Below are positions 18,135 to 27,727 of a stretch of 64,000 nt of DNA, in pieces; position 1 is the first letter of the stretch; the number at the start of each line of letters is the position of its first letter. The translations under genes were made by a program, and so were the position numbers. The stretch lies in the NCBI GenBank assembly GCA_963515485.1, contig CAUPWD010000004.1, forward strand, positions 9,716-73,715, given 5' to 3'. The notes beneath the pieces were generated by a model. It saw only the letters and a program-made list of their open reading frames with translations. It was not told the origin of the DNA and searched no databases. The stretch comes from an uncultured Candidatus Saccharibacteria bacterium. Its GTDB lineage: Bacteria > Patescibacteriota > Saccharimonadia > Saccharimonadales > Saccharimonadaceae.

Positions 18135-18431
18135 ATGGCAAAAACACTTCAAGGAGTAGTTACCTCTGATAAGCGCGATAAGACCATCACCGTCTCCATT
18201 ACCAGCCGTGAAACTCATCCACTTTATCACAAGCAGTACTCACACACCCGTAAGTACACCGCTCATGATGAAGCAAATGAGGCTAAGCTTGGTGATAAGG
18301 TTGAGATCATCGCCTGCCGTCCTTACTCAAAGACTTGTACCTATAAACTCGTCAAAATTCTTGAAAAATCCCACGACTCAGTCGAATTAAAGTCTGAAGT
18401 TACTGGTGACCAAGAAGGAGAGGAAAACTAA
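18135..18431 (+). CDS. rpsQ: 30S ribosomal protein S17 (uS17)
   Basis: [18 protein letters not shown]...HPLYHK fits S17. Confidence 0.95.
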   Translation: MAKTLQGVVTSDKRDKTITVSITSRETHPLYHKQYSHTRKYTAHDEANEAKLGDKVEIIACRPYSKTCTYKLVKILEKSHDSVELKSEVTGDQEGEEN

Positions 18432-18432
18432 G

Positions 18433-18801
18433 ATGATTCAACAGGAAACTAGATTAGCTGTCGCAGATAACAGCGGAGCCAAGGAACTTGGCGTAATCCG
18501 TGTCCTCGGTGGAACTCGCGCTCGTTACGCTCGTGTTGGTGACATTGTCACCGCCAGCGTAAAGGACGCATCTCCTACAGGAAACATTAAGAAAAAAGCA
18601 GTAGTTCGTGCCGTTATCGTTCGTACTCGTGGTCAAATTCGCCGTGCTGATGGTTCTACCATCCGCTTCGACGACAACGCCGCCGTAATCGTTAACGACG
18701 ACAAAACTCCAAAGGGTACTCGTGTCTTCGGACCAGTCCCACGTGAGCTTCGTGAACTCGGCTTCAACAAGATTATCAGTTTAGCACCGGAGGTTCTATA
18801 A
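18433..18801 (+). CDS. rplN: 50S ribosomal protein L14 (uL14)
   Basis: [18 protein letters not shown]. The start is trimmed from the longer track ORF. Confidence 0.96.
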   Translation: MIQQETRLAVADNSGAKELGVIRVLGGTRARYARVGDIVTASVKDASPTGNIKKKAVVRAVIVRTRGQIRRADGSTIRFDDNAAVIVNDDKTPKGTRVFGPVPRELRELGFNKIISLAPEVL

Positions 18802-18802
18802 T

Positions 18803-19030
18803 ATGGCACAGAATTTGAAATCTGGCGATATGGTAAAAATCATTGCCGGCGACCACAAGGGTCAGACTGGTAAAATCGTCAAAATGGATCGTGCTGCTCA
18901 CAAAGCGATGATCGAAGGTATCGGCATTCGCGAGCGCCACATTAAAGCCACTCAATTTAATCCAAAGGGTGGTAAGAAAGATATTCACGTCGGTATCGAT
19001 CTTTCCAATCTTAAGAAAGAAGGGAAATAA
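18803..19030 (+). CDS. rplX: 50S ribosomal protein L24 (uL24), short form
   Basis: KOW motif GDMVKIIAGDHKGQTGKI. Confidence 0.93.
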   Translation: MAQNLKSGDMVKIIAGDHKGQTGKIVKMDRAAHKAMIEGIGIRERHIKATQFNPKGGKKDIHVGIDLSNLKKEGK

Positions 19031-19032
19031 TC

Positions 19033-19602
19033 ATGGCTGAATATACCCCACGTTTGAAAGTCTTATACCAAGACAAAATCGTAAAAGACCTAGAAAAAGA
19101 GCTTAACATCAAGAATATCAACCAAGTTCCAAAACTTGAAAAAGTGATCGTATCTTGTGGTGTTGGTAAAAAGCGTGAAGATAAGCACTATACTGAAACC
19201 GTAGCCCTTACTCTTGCCAAAATTACCGGCCAAGCTTCCACCTCTAGACTAGCAAAGAAATCTATTGCTACCTTCAAAATTCGTAAAGGCATGGGCGCCC
19301 CAGTTGGTTACCTCACCACTTTACGTAACGACAAGATGTATGAATTCGTTGACCGCTTCATTAACATCGCTTTGCCACACGTTCGTGACTTCCACGGCGT
19401 GCCTAGCAAATCTTTCGATGAACAAGGCAACTACTCAGTTGGTCTTAAAGAACAAACCGTTTTCCCAGAAATTACCTTCGAAGACGCATCTGTTCTTCAC
19501 GGCCTTGAGATTACTTTCATCATCAAGAACGGTTCAAAAGAAGCTAGCCGTAAATTATTAGAGGCATTTGGTATGCCATTCGAGAAAAAGGAGAACAAAT
19601 AA
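19033..19602 (+). CDS. rplE: 50S ribosomal protein L5 (uL5)
   Basis: L5-like sequence ([12 protein letters not shown]...[13 protein letters not shown]). Confidence 0.96.
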   Translation: MAEYTPRLKVLYQDKIVKDLEKELNIKNINQVPKLEKVIVSCGVGKKREDKHYTETVALTLAKITGQASTSRLAKKSIATFKIRKGMGAPVGYLTTLRNDKMYEFVDRFINIALPHVRDFHGVPSKSFDEQGNYSVGLKEQTVFPEITFEDASVLHGLEITFIIKNGSKEASRKLLEAFGMPFEKKENK

Positions 19603-19603
19603 C

Positions 19604-19873
19604 ATGGCCAAAAAGTCTGCAGTACTCCGTGACCTCAAGCGTCAAAAAATGTACGATAAGTACAAAGCAAAGCGTGCTGAACTTAAAGCCGCTGGCGACC
19701 TCGAAGGTCTTCAGAAGCTACCAAAAAATTCCAGCCCAACTAGGTTAAAAAATCGTGATATGCTCGACGGTCGTCCACGTGGCTACATGCGCCGCTTTGG
19801 TCTCAGCCGTATTAGCTTCCGCGAAAAAGCAAGCAAGGGTGAAATCCCTGGTGTAACAAAGAGTAGCTGGTAG
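19604..19873 (+). CDS. rpsN: 30S ribosomal protein S14 (uS14), long non-zinc form
   Basis: [16 protein letters not shown]...[26 protein letters not shown]. There is no CxxC pair. Confidence 0.94.
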   Translation: MAKKSAVLRDLKRQKMYDKYKAKRAELKAAGDLEGLQKLPKNSSPTRLKNRDMLDGRPRGYMRRFGLSRISFREKASKGEIPGVTKSSW

Positions 19874-19885
19874 AAAGGATAAGAT

Positions 19886-20287
19886 ATGTCATTACAATCA
19901 ACAGATCAAATTGCCGACCTTATCACTCGTATCCGCAATGCTATTCTCGTCAACAAAAACGAGATTGTTGTACCAACTTCTAAACTAAAGCTTGCTGTAC
20001 TAGAAGGTCTCAAGAAAACCAAGTTTATCGCTGACTTCTCTATCGAAGAAGCAAAACCACGCAATTTCATCCATGTTTTGATTAATCAAGCTGATGAAAT
20101 CGCTCGTATTAACGAAATCACCAAGGTCAGTAAACCAGGTCGCCGTGTTTACACTTCCGCCGATGATCTTCCAAAGGTCAAATCCGGTCGTGGTGTCATC
20201 CTCGTCTCGACTTCAAAAGGTATCATGACTGGTGAGGAAGCTCGCAAAGCTCGCCTCGGTGGTGAAATCTTAGTCAAGGTTTGGTAA
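19886..20287 (+). CDS. rpsH: 30S ribosomal protein S8 (uS8)
   Basis: DQIADLITRIRNA...GGEILVKVW fits S8. Confidence 0.96.
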   Translation: MSLQSTDQIADLITRIRNAILVNKNEIVVPTSKLKLAVLEGLKKTKFIADFSIEEAKPRNFIHVLINQADEIARINEITKVSKPGRRVYTSADDLPKVKSGRGVILVSTSKGIMTGEEARKARLGGEILVKVW

Positions 20288-20300
20288 TAAACTAGAAAAA

Positions 20301-20329
20301 ATAAGGTCAGAACCTCTGGCCTTATTTTT
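20301..20329 (+). terminator. Intrinsic terminator directly after rpsH
   Basis: ATAAGG..CAG/CTG..CCTTAT stem followed by TTTTT. A terminator is unusual at this position in the spc operon. Confidence 0.7.
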
Positions 20330-20414
20330 ATGCTAAAATTAATCTGTATCTCGTCCGACGAATATGCACTTTTAAGTTAGGACATTACATCTTTCAGAAA
20401 GAGAGGTGAATACC

Positions 20415-21032
20415 ATGTTGCTCAGTAAAAATCAAATCTACGAGGACATCATGGCAAGCAAAATTAGAATAATCAATGCATGGTCTATTAAGCACAGCAT
20501 CCATCCGGATAATAAGACCCTTAATTTATCGATTTACTCAATTATTAACAACCTAATAACCAAGCGAATTGACGAAGCAGAAATTCCTGCTGGCTTCCAT
20601 TTTCAAGGACTTAAAATTGCCACCCAATTGGAAATTCTACGAGATCTAGATGTACTAAAGATCGAAAATCGTCGATATTCTAGACAGCTTGACAATCCAG
20701 CCTATATTCGTCGTATAAATTTTACGACGCTAGAAAAACGTCAAATTATCAAAAATCACGTGAGAAGAAGATCCTCTAGGTTCGTCGTCGATGCCTGTTT
20801 TGGCGATTCCTTCCTAATTACCTTTGGTGGAGAAGAGATTCCGGTTTTAATCTTTAGCACAATGATTAACTACACATGGAGGACCCAGATACCCATAGTT
20901 TATCCAGAGCATTTCAACAATTTACCTCCAATGCCACCGCCTGAACCAGTTAAGCCCTATACCTTGCGACGTGAAAAAAGAAAGCTTGCACGATTTCGGG
21001 ACATCTTATCGGACCTGCGTCTCTGGTCATAA
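20415..21032 (+). CDS. Hypothetical protein (205 aa), no recognised domain
   Basis: ORF with a GAGAGG RBS about 10 nt upstream of ATG 20415. AT-rich codon usage. Proline-rich PPMPPPEPVKP near a basic C-terminal tail. Confidence 0.55.
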   Translation: MLLSKNQIYEDIMASKIRIINAWSIKHSIHPDNKTLNLSIYSIINNLITKRIDEAEIPAGFHFQGLKIATQLEILRDLDVLKIENRRYSRQLDNPAYIRRINFTTLEKRQIIKNHVRRRSSRFVVDACFGDSFLITFGGEEIPVLIFSTMINYTWRTQIPIVYPEHFNNLPPMPPPEPVKPYTLRREKRKLARFRDILSDLRLWS

Positions 21033-21060
21033 TTCAGGCCGATCCTAGCCACCCCTAACC

Positions 21061-21089
21061 ACCCCTTCCATCCGGAGGGGGTATTTTTT
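21061..21089 (+). terminator. Intrinsic terminator
   Basis: ACCCCTTCC-ATCC-GGAGGGGGT stem followed by a T6 run. Confidence 0.7.
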
Positions 21090-21191
21090 GACAAATTATT
21101 ACAATATTGTACAATATAAGTAGTTAAAAGCTTCAGTTTTTAATGCAACTTGCAAATTTGGTGAAATTCTACATTTTAAAGGGGGTAAAAA

Positions 21192-21767
21192 ATGAACAAC
21201 AACAGAAGAGAACAAAAATATGGTGCTTTCATAAGAATCATCCTAGCTATCGGAATTATCATTTTTCTATCAATATCAGGAAATATCGATATTGAAAATA
21301 TTTACAACTTCATTATGTGGATAATTCCGCTCTTTATATTAGTTGTCGGAGAAAACTACGTAGATCAAATAATTCCTGTATTTAAGGAACAAACCTACGA
21401 CATATTAACTTTTGGCTACAGTTGTCTCTTCATTCTTGCCACAGTAATGCTGATATACTCTATAGGCTTAATGCGATACGAAAGTTACAGTGCCATTATG
21501 GTTATATTTTTACTACACCTAATTAATAGCGGCGTGGTATTTTATGACATCATAAAAGAAGGAGATAACGCCAAAAAGGCATTAACACCATTCAAGCATA
21601 CCTGGCTAATCCAAGGATTACTTTATGTGATGCTCAAGATAAAATTTAATTCTCCAGGGGAGATATATATCACAATGTTCTTCTTAGGTATTCTTACGTC
21701 CTTTTTATTTAAGGCATCAGGCTATAATTGCCGTTATTTAACAAGGATAACGTGGAGGGATAAATGA
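21192..21767 (+). CDS. Hypothetical integral membrane protein (191 aa, about 5-6 TM)
   Basis: AGGGGG RBS and repeated hydrophobic segments. No family recognised. Confidence 0.55.
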   Translation: MNNNRREQKYGAFIRIILAIGIIIFLSISGNIDIENIYNFIMWIIPLFILVVGENYVDQIIPVFKEQTYDILTFGYSCLFILATVMLIYSIGLMRYESYSAIMVIFLLHLINSGVVFYDIIKEGDNAKKALTPFKHTWLIQGLLYVMLKIKFNSPGEIYITMFFLGILTSFLFKASGYNCRYLTRITWRDK

Positions 21768-22204
21768 AAATAAGAATAAGCAATTTAAATTATCCAATTA
21801 GGAAAAATAAATTATTTTGGAGAATTACTAGATTAATATCCATAGTTATTTTGTCAGAAATATTCTTATGGTCTAACCAAAATTTTGTCACTGATCGTCA
21901 AGTAGTAAACCTATGCCCACCACTAGGAATCTGTTTTATTATTCTTGGGGCGGTAGCGGTTACCGTCTATATCGTGGAGCCAGTAATTGAGCATTTATTA
22001 CTTCGTCTCAAAGGTCTGAAGGTAACTACCGATAATACTAATGTAAAGATTATTGGTCATAATACCATCATCGAGCAAGACGAAAACTACTATTGCTGTC
22101 TAGTGAAGATGGGTAATAAGTGGGAAATAATTAAGCTCGCGCATCTCATGAAAAAATCCGATCGTCCAGATTATCTAAAAGATGATGACGATACCATGGA
22201 TTAG
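21764..22204 (+). CDS. Hypothetical membrane protein (146 aa, 2 TM plus soluble C-terminus)
   Basis: ATGA start/stop overlap with the previous ORF suggests translational coupling. Confidence 0.5.
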   Translation: MKIRISNLNYPIRKNKLFWRITRLISIVILSEIFLWSNQNFVTDRQVVNLCPPLGICFIILGAVAVTVYIVEPVIEHLLLRLKGLKVTTDNTNVKIIGHNTIIEQDENYYCCLVKMGNKWEIIKLAHLMKKSDRPDYLKDDDDTMD

Positions 22205-22289
22205 TTGAAGTTAAAATTAAAAAATTCTAACAAATCTATAGTTTTCACCAAACCCCCTTCCTTCCGGTGGAGGTATTTTTTATGAAAAT

Positions 22290-22940
22290 CTAAAGCACAA
22301 TTCTAAAATCTTCATATCTATCAGCAAATGCTTCTTCGATCGCCTTGTGTGTTTTCTCCAAATATTTCTTCACCAAATAATATCCCAATGAATAGCCAGA
22401 CCAGCGTGGTAATTTATCGTTACCAGTGAAGAAAATCGTTTGGTAGTCATAATTTTTATCTTCAAGATTACCGCGAAGCTCTTTTAGAATGCGTTCATTT
22501 TCTTCGTCACTGCGTTCCAGCATAGCTTTAGTGAAAAATTGCTTATCACTATTATTTTTTGCAAATTCTGTACCGAAATACGTCGCAATACCTTCCGAAA
22601 TCATCCCGTCAAACAATGTATTCATCCATTCATCGTTCTTTCCCCAACGCGCAGCATGACCAAGTTCATGAGCTAACATCTCTTTAAAACGCGAGATCGA
22701 CATAGTCTTCAGATCTAAGGCACAAACAATAAAATCACTCGTATAAGTTTGTCCACCCACACCATCTTCTGGAATGATTAATGAATAAGCACTCCTAGCT
22801 ACCACCACATCAATATCCCAATCAATTTTCAATCTTGGAAAAGCATAAGACTCAACTTCTTTTACTGCCGCCAAAATAGTTTCCTTACTCTCATCCAAAC
22901 TACCATTTGCATTGGCCAATAAGACATTTATTTTACTCAT
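22290..22940 (-). CDS. Putative zinc metalloprotease (HExxH; DUF2268-like)
   Basis: AHELGHAARW motif. Start set at MSKINVLLA (ATG 22940), 6 nt after a TATAAT box. The track ORF begins 18 nt earlier. Confidence 0.5.
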   Translation of the reverse strand: MSKINVLLANANGSLDESKETILAAVKEVESYAFPRLKIDWDIDVVVARSAYSLIIPEDGVGGQTYTSDFIVCALDLKTMSISRFKEMLAHELGHAARWGKNDEWMNTLFDGMISEGIATYFGTEFAKNNSDKQFFTKAMLERSDEENERILKELRGNLEDKNYDYQTIFFTGNDKLPRWSGYSLGYYLVKKYLEKTHKAIEEAFADRYEDFRIVL

Positions 22941-22984
22941 ATTTTTATTATATACCACGCCGTCTATTTTTTTATTTTTTTATC

Positions 22985-23013
22985 TTGAATTAAGCCTTAA
23001 ATTATGTTAAAAT
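22985..23013 (+). promoter_or_regulatory. Promoter for rplF-rplO unit (TTGAAT-17-TGtTAAAAT)
   Basis: TTGAAT at 22985-22990, a 17-nt spacer, and an extended -10 ending at 23013. Confidence 0.6.
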
Positions 23014-23040
23014 TAACCGAATATTAATTGAAAGGAAGAT

Positions 23041-23577
23041 ATGAGTCGTATCGGAAAACAACCTGTACAGATTCCTGCAGGAGTGACAATCACGGTCGGC
23101 GAACAGTTCATTACTGTTGCTGGACCAAAGGGTTCACTCGAGGTTCCTGTACAAAAATTCGTTGTGACTAAGGTCGAGGACGGTCAAATCATTGTCACCC
23201 GTGAGAATGATGAAGCTGAAGCTCGTGCCTGGCACGGTCTACAACGCGCACTTCTAAACAACGCCGTTACTGGTGTTTCCAAAGGTTTTGAGAAGAAACT
23301 CGAAATCAATGGTGTCGGTTTTCGTCTTTCCGGTGGTCCAAAAGAAATTGAGATGTCTCTTGGTTTCTCCCACCCAGTGAAATACAAAGCCCCAGAAGGT
23401 ATCGAATTAAAAACTAACAAGATGGAAATCATCGTTTCCGGCATTGACAAGCAAAAAGTTGGTCAAGTTGCCGCCGAAATTCGCGCCTTCAAGAAACCTG
23501 AACCATACAAGGGTAAAGGTATTAAATATGCTGACGAAGTAATCCTTCGCAAGGCTGGAAAGGCAGGGAAGAAATAA
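23041..23577 (+). CDS. rplF: 50S ribosomal protein L6 (uL6)
   Basis: MSRIGKQPVQIPAGVTI. Confidence 0.96.
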   Translation: MSRIGKQPVQIPAGVTITVGEQFITVAGPKGSLEVPVQKFVVTKVEDGQIIVTRENDEAEARAWHGLQRALLNNAVTGVSKGFEKKLEINGVGFRLSGGPKEIEMSLGFSHPVKYKAPEGIELKTNKMEIIVSGIDKQKVGQVAAEIRAFKKPEPYKGKGIKYADEVILRKAGKAGKK

Positions 23578-23906
23578 TGAATAAGTTGTATCGCCAAAAA
23601 CGTACCCGTGCAAAAATTCATGGTACTGAAATTCGCCCACGCTTGAGCGTTAATATCAGTAATCTTCACGTTTCTGCTCAAATCATCAATGACGACACCA
23701 TGACTACTTTAGTCTCTGCTACCACTGTTGGCACCAAGCTAACCGGTTCCAAGACTGAAAAAGCCGCTAAAATTGGTGAAGAAATTGCCAAAAAAGCTAA
23801 AAAAGCAAATATCACAAAAGTTGTATTCGATCGTGGTGCTTTCGCCTACGCTGGCCGCATGTCAGCTCTAGCCGATGCAGCTCGTAAGGAAGGATTGGAG
23901 TTCTAA
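23577..23906 (+). CDS. rplR: 50S ribosomal protein L18 (uL18)
   Basis: RPRLSVNISNLHVSAQIIND...FDRGAFAYAGR fits L18. Confidence 0.95.
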   Translation: MNKLYRQKRTRAKIHGTEIRPRLSVNISNLHVSAQIINDDTMTTLVSATTVGTKLTGSKTEKAAKIGEEIAKKAKKANITKVVFDRGAFAYAGRMSALADAARKEGLEF

Positions 23907-23907
23907 T

Positions 23908-24546
23908 ATGGCCGAAGCAAATTCTACCGCTCCTAAGCAACCAAAAGTAGTGAACAAAGCTGGCACCCTCAAAATGTCTGACGATGTCGCTGCCACCAAG
24001 CAAACTCGCGATATGGCTGGTCGCCCAATGCGCCGCAATAATCGCCGTGATCGCGTCCGTGGTGAAGCTGCACCAAAGGAATTTGAAGAGATCACCATCA
24101 ACATCGATCGTGTTTCTCGCACCGTTAAAGGTGGTCGCCGTATGCGCTTCAAAGCTCTTGTTGCTATTGGAAATAAGAAAAACAAAGTTGGTGTAGGTGT
24201 CGCTAAAGGCGCCGATGTTACCTCCGCTGTTCAAAAAGCTACCCGTGTAGCTAAGAAAAACATGGTAACCTTCCACATGTCTGGCGAAACTATCTGCCAC
24301 GAAGTGGAAACCAAAGTTACCGGTGCTCACGTTTTAATGAAACCAGCTGCCCCAGGTACTGGTATTATCGCCGGTAGCATCGTTCGTTCCGTGATTGGTT
24401 TGACTGGTATCAAGAACTTGATTTCCAAGTCTCTCGGTTCTACCAACAAGGTCAACATCGCTTACGCCGTTATCGATGGTCTTAAAGCTCAGGTTCCACG
24501 CTCTAAGTGGAATACTACTGCTACCAAAGAAAAGGAGAGCAAGTAA
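23908..24546 (+). CDS. rpsE: 30S ribosomal protein S5 (uS5)
   Basis: RVSRTVKGGRRMRFKALVAIGN motif. Start trimmed to MAEANST. Confidence 0.95.
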   Translation: MAEANSTAPKQPKVVNKAGTLKMSDDVAATKQTRDMAGRPMRRNNRRDRVRGEAAPKEFEEITINIDRVSRTVKGGRRMRFKALVAIGNKKNKVGVGVAKGADVTSAVQKATRVAKKNMVTFHMSGETICHEVETKVTGAHVLMKPAAPGTGIIAGSIVRSVIGLTGIKNLISKSLGSTNKVNIAYAVIDGLKAQVPRSKWNTTATKEKESK

Positions 24547-25010
24547 TGAAATACAATGATCTAATCGTTGAAGCTAATACCCGCCCGACCCGTGCTGGTC
24601 GTGGTATTGCCGCTGGTCGTGGTAAGACTGCTGGTCGTGGTACTAAGGGTCAAAAAGCCCGTACTGGCCACCGTAAAATGCCTGCTACCTTCATGGGTGG
24701 TCAGCGCGCTATGATGCAAGCTGTACCTAAGCTCAAAGGTTTCAAGTCTATACACGCTAAGGCTGAAGTCGTCTACACTGACGTTCTTAACGCTCTTTCT
24801 GGCAAGGTCGATAACTTTACTCTTTTCGAAAATGGTCTTATTTCTAGCCCATTCGTTAAGGTCAAGGTTATCACCCGTGGTGAGCTTAACAGTAAAATTG
24901 ATCTCGAAACCCAATTTATCTCTAAATCCGGTCTCGAAATGCTCAAAAAAGCTGGCGGTTCATTCACTAAGAATCCAGTGCCAAAGCGCTTGAAGAAGCA
25001 AAACGACTAA
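24546..25010 (+). CDS. rplO: 50S ribosomal protein L15 (uL15)
   Basis: GRGIAAGRGKTAGRGTKGQKAR motif. The start overlaps the rpsE stop (TAATG), so there is no room for an L30 gene. Confidence 0.95.
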   Translation: MKYNDLIVEANTRPTRAGRGIAAGRGKTAGRGTKGQKARTGHRKMPATFMGGQRAMMQAVPKLKGFKSIHAKAEVVYTDVLNALSGKVDNFTLFENGLISSPFVKVKVITRGELNSKIDLETQFISKSGLEMLKKAGGSFTKNPVPKRLKKQND

Positions 25011-25020
25011 TTAGTCTGAA

Positions 25021-25051
25021 ATAACCCCTGCAATCGCGGGGGTTATTTTTT
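25021..25051 (+). terminator. Intrinsic terminator after rplO
   Basis: ATAACCCC-loop-GGGGTTAT stem plus T6. Confidence 0.8.
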
Positions 25052-25107
25052 ATCTTTAAAAACTTAGGTAAACATGGTAATATAGATTAATAAATAGAGA
25101 GGATTCC

Positions 25108-26523
25108 ATGCATTTTAAGACGATTTTGAAATCTCTAAAAAACAAAGACATGCTAAAACGCATTTTTATCGTGTTAGGTATTTTGGTTGCTTACCGTTTA
25201 CTCGCACACATCCCTGTGCCAATGGGCGACGCCAAGACCTTCAAGGATGCCGTTTCTAGCTTGATCTCCAAGTCAGATTTCACCGGTTTTATTAACTTAA
25301 TTTCAGGTGGCGGCCTTGCCTCCTTCTCCATTATCTTGGTTGGGCTTTCTCCATACATCACCTCTTCTATCGTCTTCCAACTTCTCAGTAAAGCTATTCC
25401 AAGCCTCGAAGAGCTTTCCGAGGATGGTGAAACTGGTCGTCGTAAAATCAATCAGTGGACTCGTATGCTCGCCGTGCCTCTCGCCGTCGTGCAATCTATT
25501 GCCTATATTTACATTCTTTACCAATCTGTGGTCTCCTCGAATACCCTCAGCTTCACCCCAACTCCACGTGACTGGGTCGTCTCTGTCATCACTATGACTG
25601 CTGGATCCATTATCTTGATGTGGCTCGGCGAACTTATTACCGAGCAGGGTATCGGTAATGGTATTTCCATGATTATTTTTGCCAGTATTATTTCCCAGTT
25701 CCCAAGCACCCTTGGCTCACTTGGTCAACAACTCTTCGACACCAAAAATGGCTCACTTAATCTCTTTGGTTGGTTAAACCTACCAGTCAACCCGGTATTA
25801 TTCTGGGTCGCTCTAGCTCTTCTAGTTGTCGTAATCCTAATTCTTTATTGGCTCGTCAAGCTCAACGAAGCTCAGCGCATTATCACCATCAATTACGCAA
25901 AACGTATCCATGGCAACAGTGCCTATGGTGGCATCAAATCTATTCTGCCTTTGAAGCTAATCTCTGCCGGTGTGGTACCAGTTATCTTTGCTACCGCCTT
26001 CCTCTCGCTTCCAGCTCTCGTCGGTCAGCTCATCTCTAGTATGGATAAGGGAAATACCATGGCTAAAACTATTAGTGAAATCTTCACCATGCCAAACGCT
26101 TCCAATTTCAAAACCCTTTATCCAAACGGTATTAACGAACGTTGGTTTATCTACCCAGCCCTCTATTTCCTACTCGTAGTCCTCTTTACCTACTTTTACA
26201 CCTCAATTATCTTCAATACCAAAGAAATTGCTGATAATCTTCAAAAACAAGGCGGCTTCATCGAAGGTGTCCGTCCAGGTATGACCACGGCTAATTATCT
26301 AGAAAAGGTCATGACCCGTCTCAATTTATTCGGTGCTCTTGCACTTGGCTTTATTGCCATGATTCCATTCATTACTGACTATGTCGCCATCATGCTTAGC
26401 GACGCTCCGATGGGACTCTCCCTATCTGGCACCGGACTTCTCATCGTGGTGACCGTAGCCCTCGAAAACCTCCGTCAACTCGATTCACGCGCCCTTATGG
26501 TAACTTACGACGATTATAAATAA
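25108..26523 (+). CDS. secY: Preprotein translocase subunit SecY
   Basis: 471 aa with 10 TM segments and SecY blocks (GISPYITSSIV-like GLSPYITSSIVFQLL, LGELITEQGIGNGIS). Confidence 0.96.
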   Translation: MHFKTILKSLKNKDMLKRIFIVLGILVAYRLLAHIPVPMGDAKTFKDAVSSLISKSDFTGFINLISGGGLASFSIILVGLSPYITSSIVFQLLSKAIPSLEELSEDGETGRRKINQWTRMLAVPLAVVQSIAYIYILYQSVVSSNTLSFTPTPRDWVVSVITMTAGSIILMWLGELITEQGIGNGISMIIFASIISQFPSTLGSLGQQLFDTKNGSLNLFGWLNLPVNPVLFWVALALLVVVILILYWLVKLNEAQRIITINYAKRIHGNSAYGGIKSILPLKLISAGVVPVIFATAFLSLPALVGQLISSMDKGNTMAKTISEIFTMPNASNFKTLYPNGINERWFIYPALYFLLVVLFTYFYTSIIFNTKEIADNLQKQGGFIEGVRPGMTTANYLEKVMTRLNLFGALALGFIAMIPFITDYVAIMLSDAPMGLSLSGTGLLIVVTVALENLRQLDSRALMVTYDDYK

Positions 26524-26537
26524 GAAAGCTGGGTGGG

Positions 26538-27254
26538 ATGTCTCTCGAAGTTAAATCAAAATCTAAAATCCTCATTAATCTCCCATTTATCATCTTGGCT
26601 CTAATTTTTGCCATCGTCATCGCGCGTCTATATTTCTGGGAAGACCATTATTACAGATCCAAAGAAGGTAGTGAAAGAATGCTCCCGAAATCCAACCTCG
26701 ATCTCGAAACCGACCAAGCTTCCGTAGATGAAACTCCAATCTCCGATGATAAGATTAATTCCTATTCTGTTGCCTATGATAAGCCTCGTTTCATGAGTAT
26801 CGAAAAATTAGGCGTAAAAAACGCTCGTATTTTACCCGTCGGACTCACCGGCAATGGCGCTATCAGTACTCCGAACAGTATTTTCGATGTAGGATGGTAC
26901 ACTGGCACCCTTCCTCCACTCACTGGTAAGACCGCGCTCTTCGTCGGTCATAACGGTGGCCCAACTGCGGCCGGAGTTTTTAAACATCTAGATAATCTAG
27001 TAGCCGGCGACCAGATCCAGATTGAAATGGGCGATGGCACCAAGCTTACCTATCGCGTCTATGAAAATCAAACCGTCGCCCTGGCTGACGCCAATGAGAA
27101 AATGTCTGCCATGCTCGAATCACCAGTCACTGGCCAAGATTCCATTAGTATTATTACTTGTACCGGTGCCTGGTCTGACGTCCAGAAGACCTATCTTTCT
27201 CGTCAATTCCTCCGTGCCACTCTCGTGCAAGAGACCACCAAACAAAACCAGTAG
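26538..27254 (+). CDS. Sortase-family transpeptidase
   Basis: N-terminal TM segment. Candidate catalytic residues are LFVGHNGG (His), SIITCTG (TLxTC-like Cys) and a downstream Arg (SRQFLRA). Confidence 0.7.
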   Translation: MSLEVKSKSKILINLPFIILALIFAIVIARLYFWEDHYYRSKEGSERMLPKSNLDLETDQASVDETPISDDKINSYSVAYDKPRFMSIEKLGVKNARILPVGLTGNGAISTPNSIFDVGWYTGTLPPLTGKTALFVGHNGGPTAAGVFKHLDNLVAGDQIQIEMGDGTKLTYRVYENQTVALADANEKMSAMLESPVTGQDSISIITCTGAWSDVQKTYLSRQFLRATLVQETTKQNQ

Positions 27255-27316
27255 GTTATTAATAATCGTAATCTAACCACGAAATTATTATCACCCCATA
27301 AGCATAATCTTTATTC

Positions 27317-27345
27317 TTGACAAAATTTACAAATAGTGATATCAT
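27317..27345 (+). promoter_or_regulatory. Promoter (TTGACA-17-TGaTATCAT)
   Basis: Consensus -35 and an extended -10 upstream of the small ORF at 27434. Confidence 0.55.
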
Positions 27346-27433
27346 ATCATAATATTCTTTTTGAATATATATATTTTATATCGCACATTTTAACTTTGCA
27401 GGGAAGCAGCCAATAGAAATCGAGGTGAATCTT

Positions 27434-27682
27434 ATGACTAGAATTCAAAAGATTGTCTACGACATTCCTTCTGAAATCTTCAAGGATGAAGTTTTCAGAA
27501 AGTTCGTACACACTAAGGTATTTTCTAGGCTCAGATGCCTAGGACCAGAATGCCTTTCTGAAGAAGAAAGGAAATTAATTGCTAAACAAATTGCAGAATA
27601 CTGCAAAGTCACACCAGGAGAGGACGAGCTAAAAGAATATGCTTTCGCTTTTTCCAAGCGTACCATGCAAGAATTAAACTAG
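27434..27682 (+). CDS. Hypothetical small protein (82 aa)
   Basis: GAGGTGA RBS, its own promoter and its own terminator. No family recognised. Confidence 0.5.
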   Translation: MTRIQKIVYDIPSEIFKDEVFRKFVHTKVFSRLRCLGPECLSEEERKLIAKQIAEYCKVTPGEDELKEYAFAFSKRTMQELN

Positions 27683-27702
27683 TAATCCTCTTACCCCTCC
27701 TC

Positions 27703-27727
27703 GCCCCGGTCTACCGGGGCATTTTTT
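27703..27727 (+). terminator. Intrinsic terminator
   Basis: GCCCCGG-TCTA-CCGGGGC stem plus T6. Confidence 0.75.

Noticed and set aside
18406-24546. Upstream-extended starts for rplN (18406), rpsN (19568), rpsE (23875) and rplO (24507) in the ORF track.
   Set aside because: The canonical N-termini ([29 protein letters not shown]) begin at internal ATGs placed 1-3 nt after the preceding stop. The extensions overlap upstream genes.
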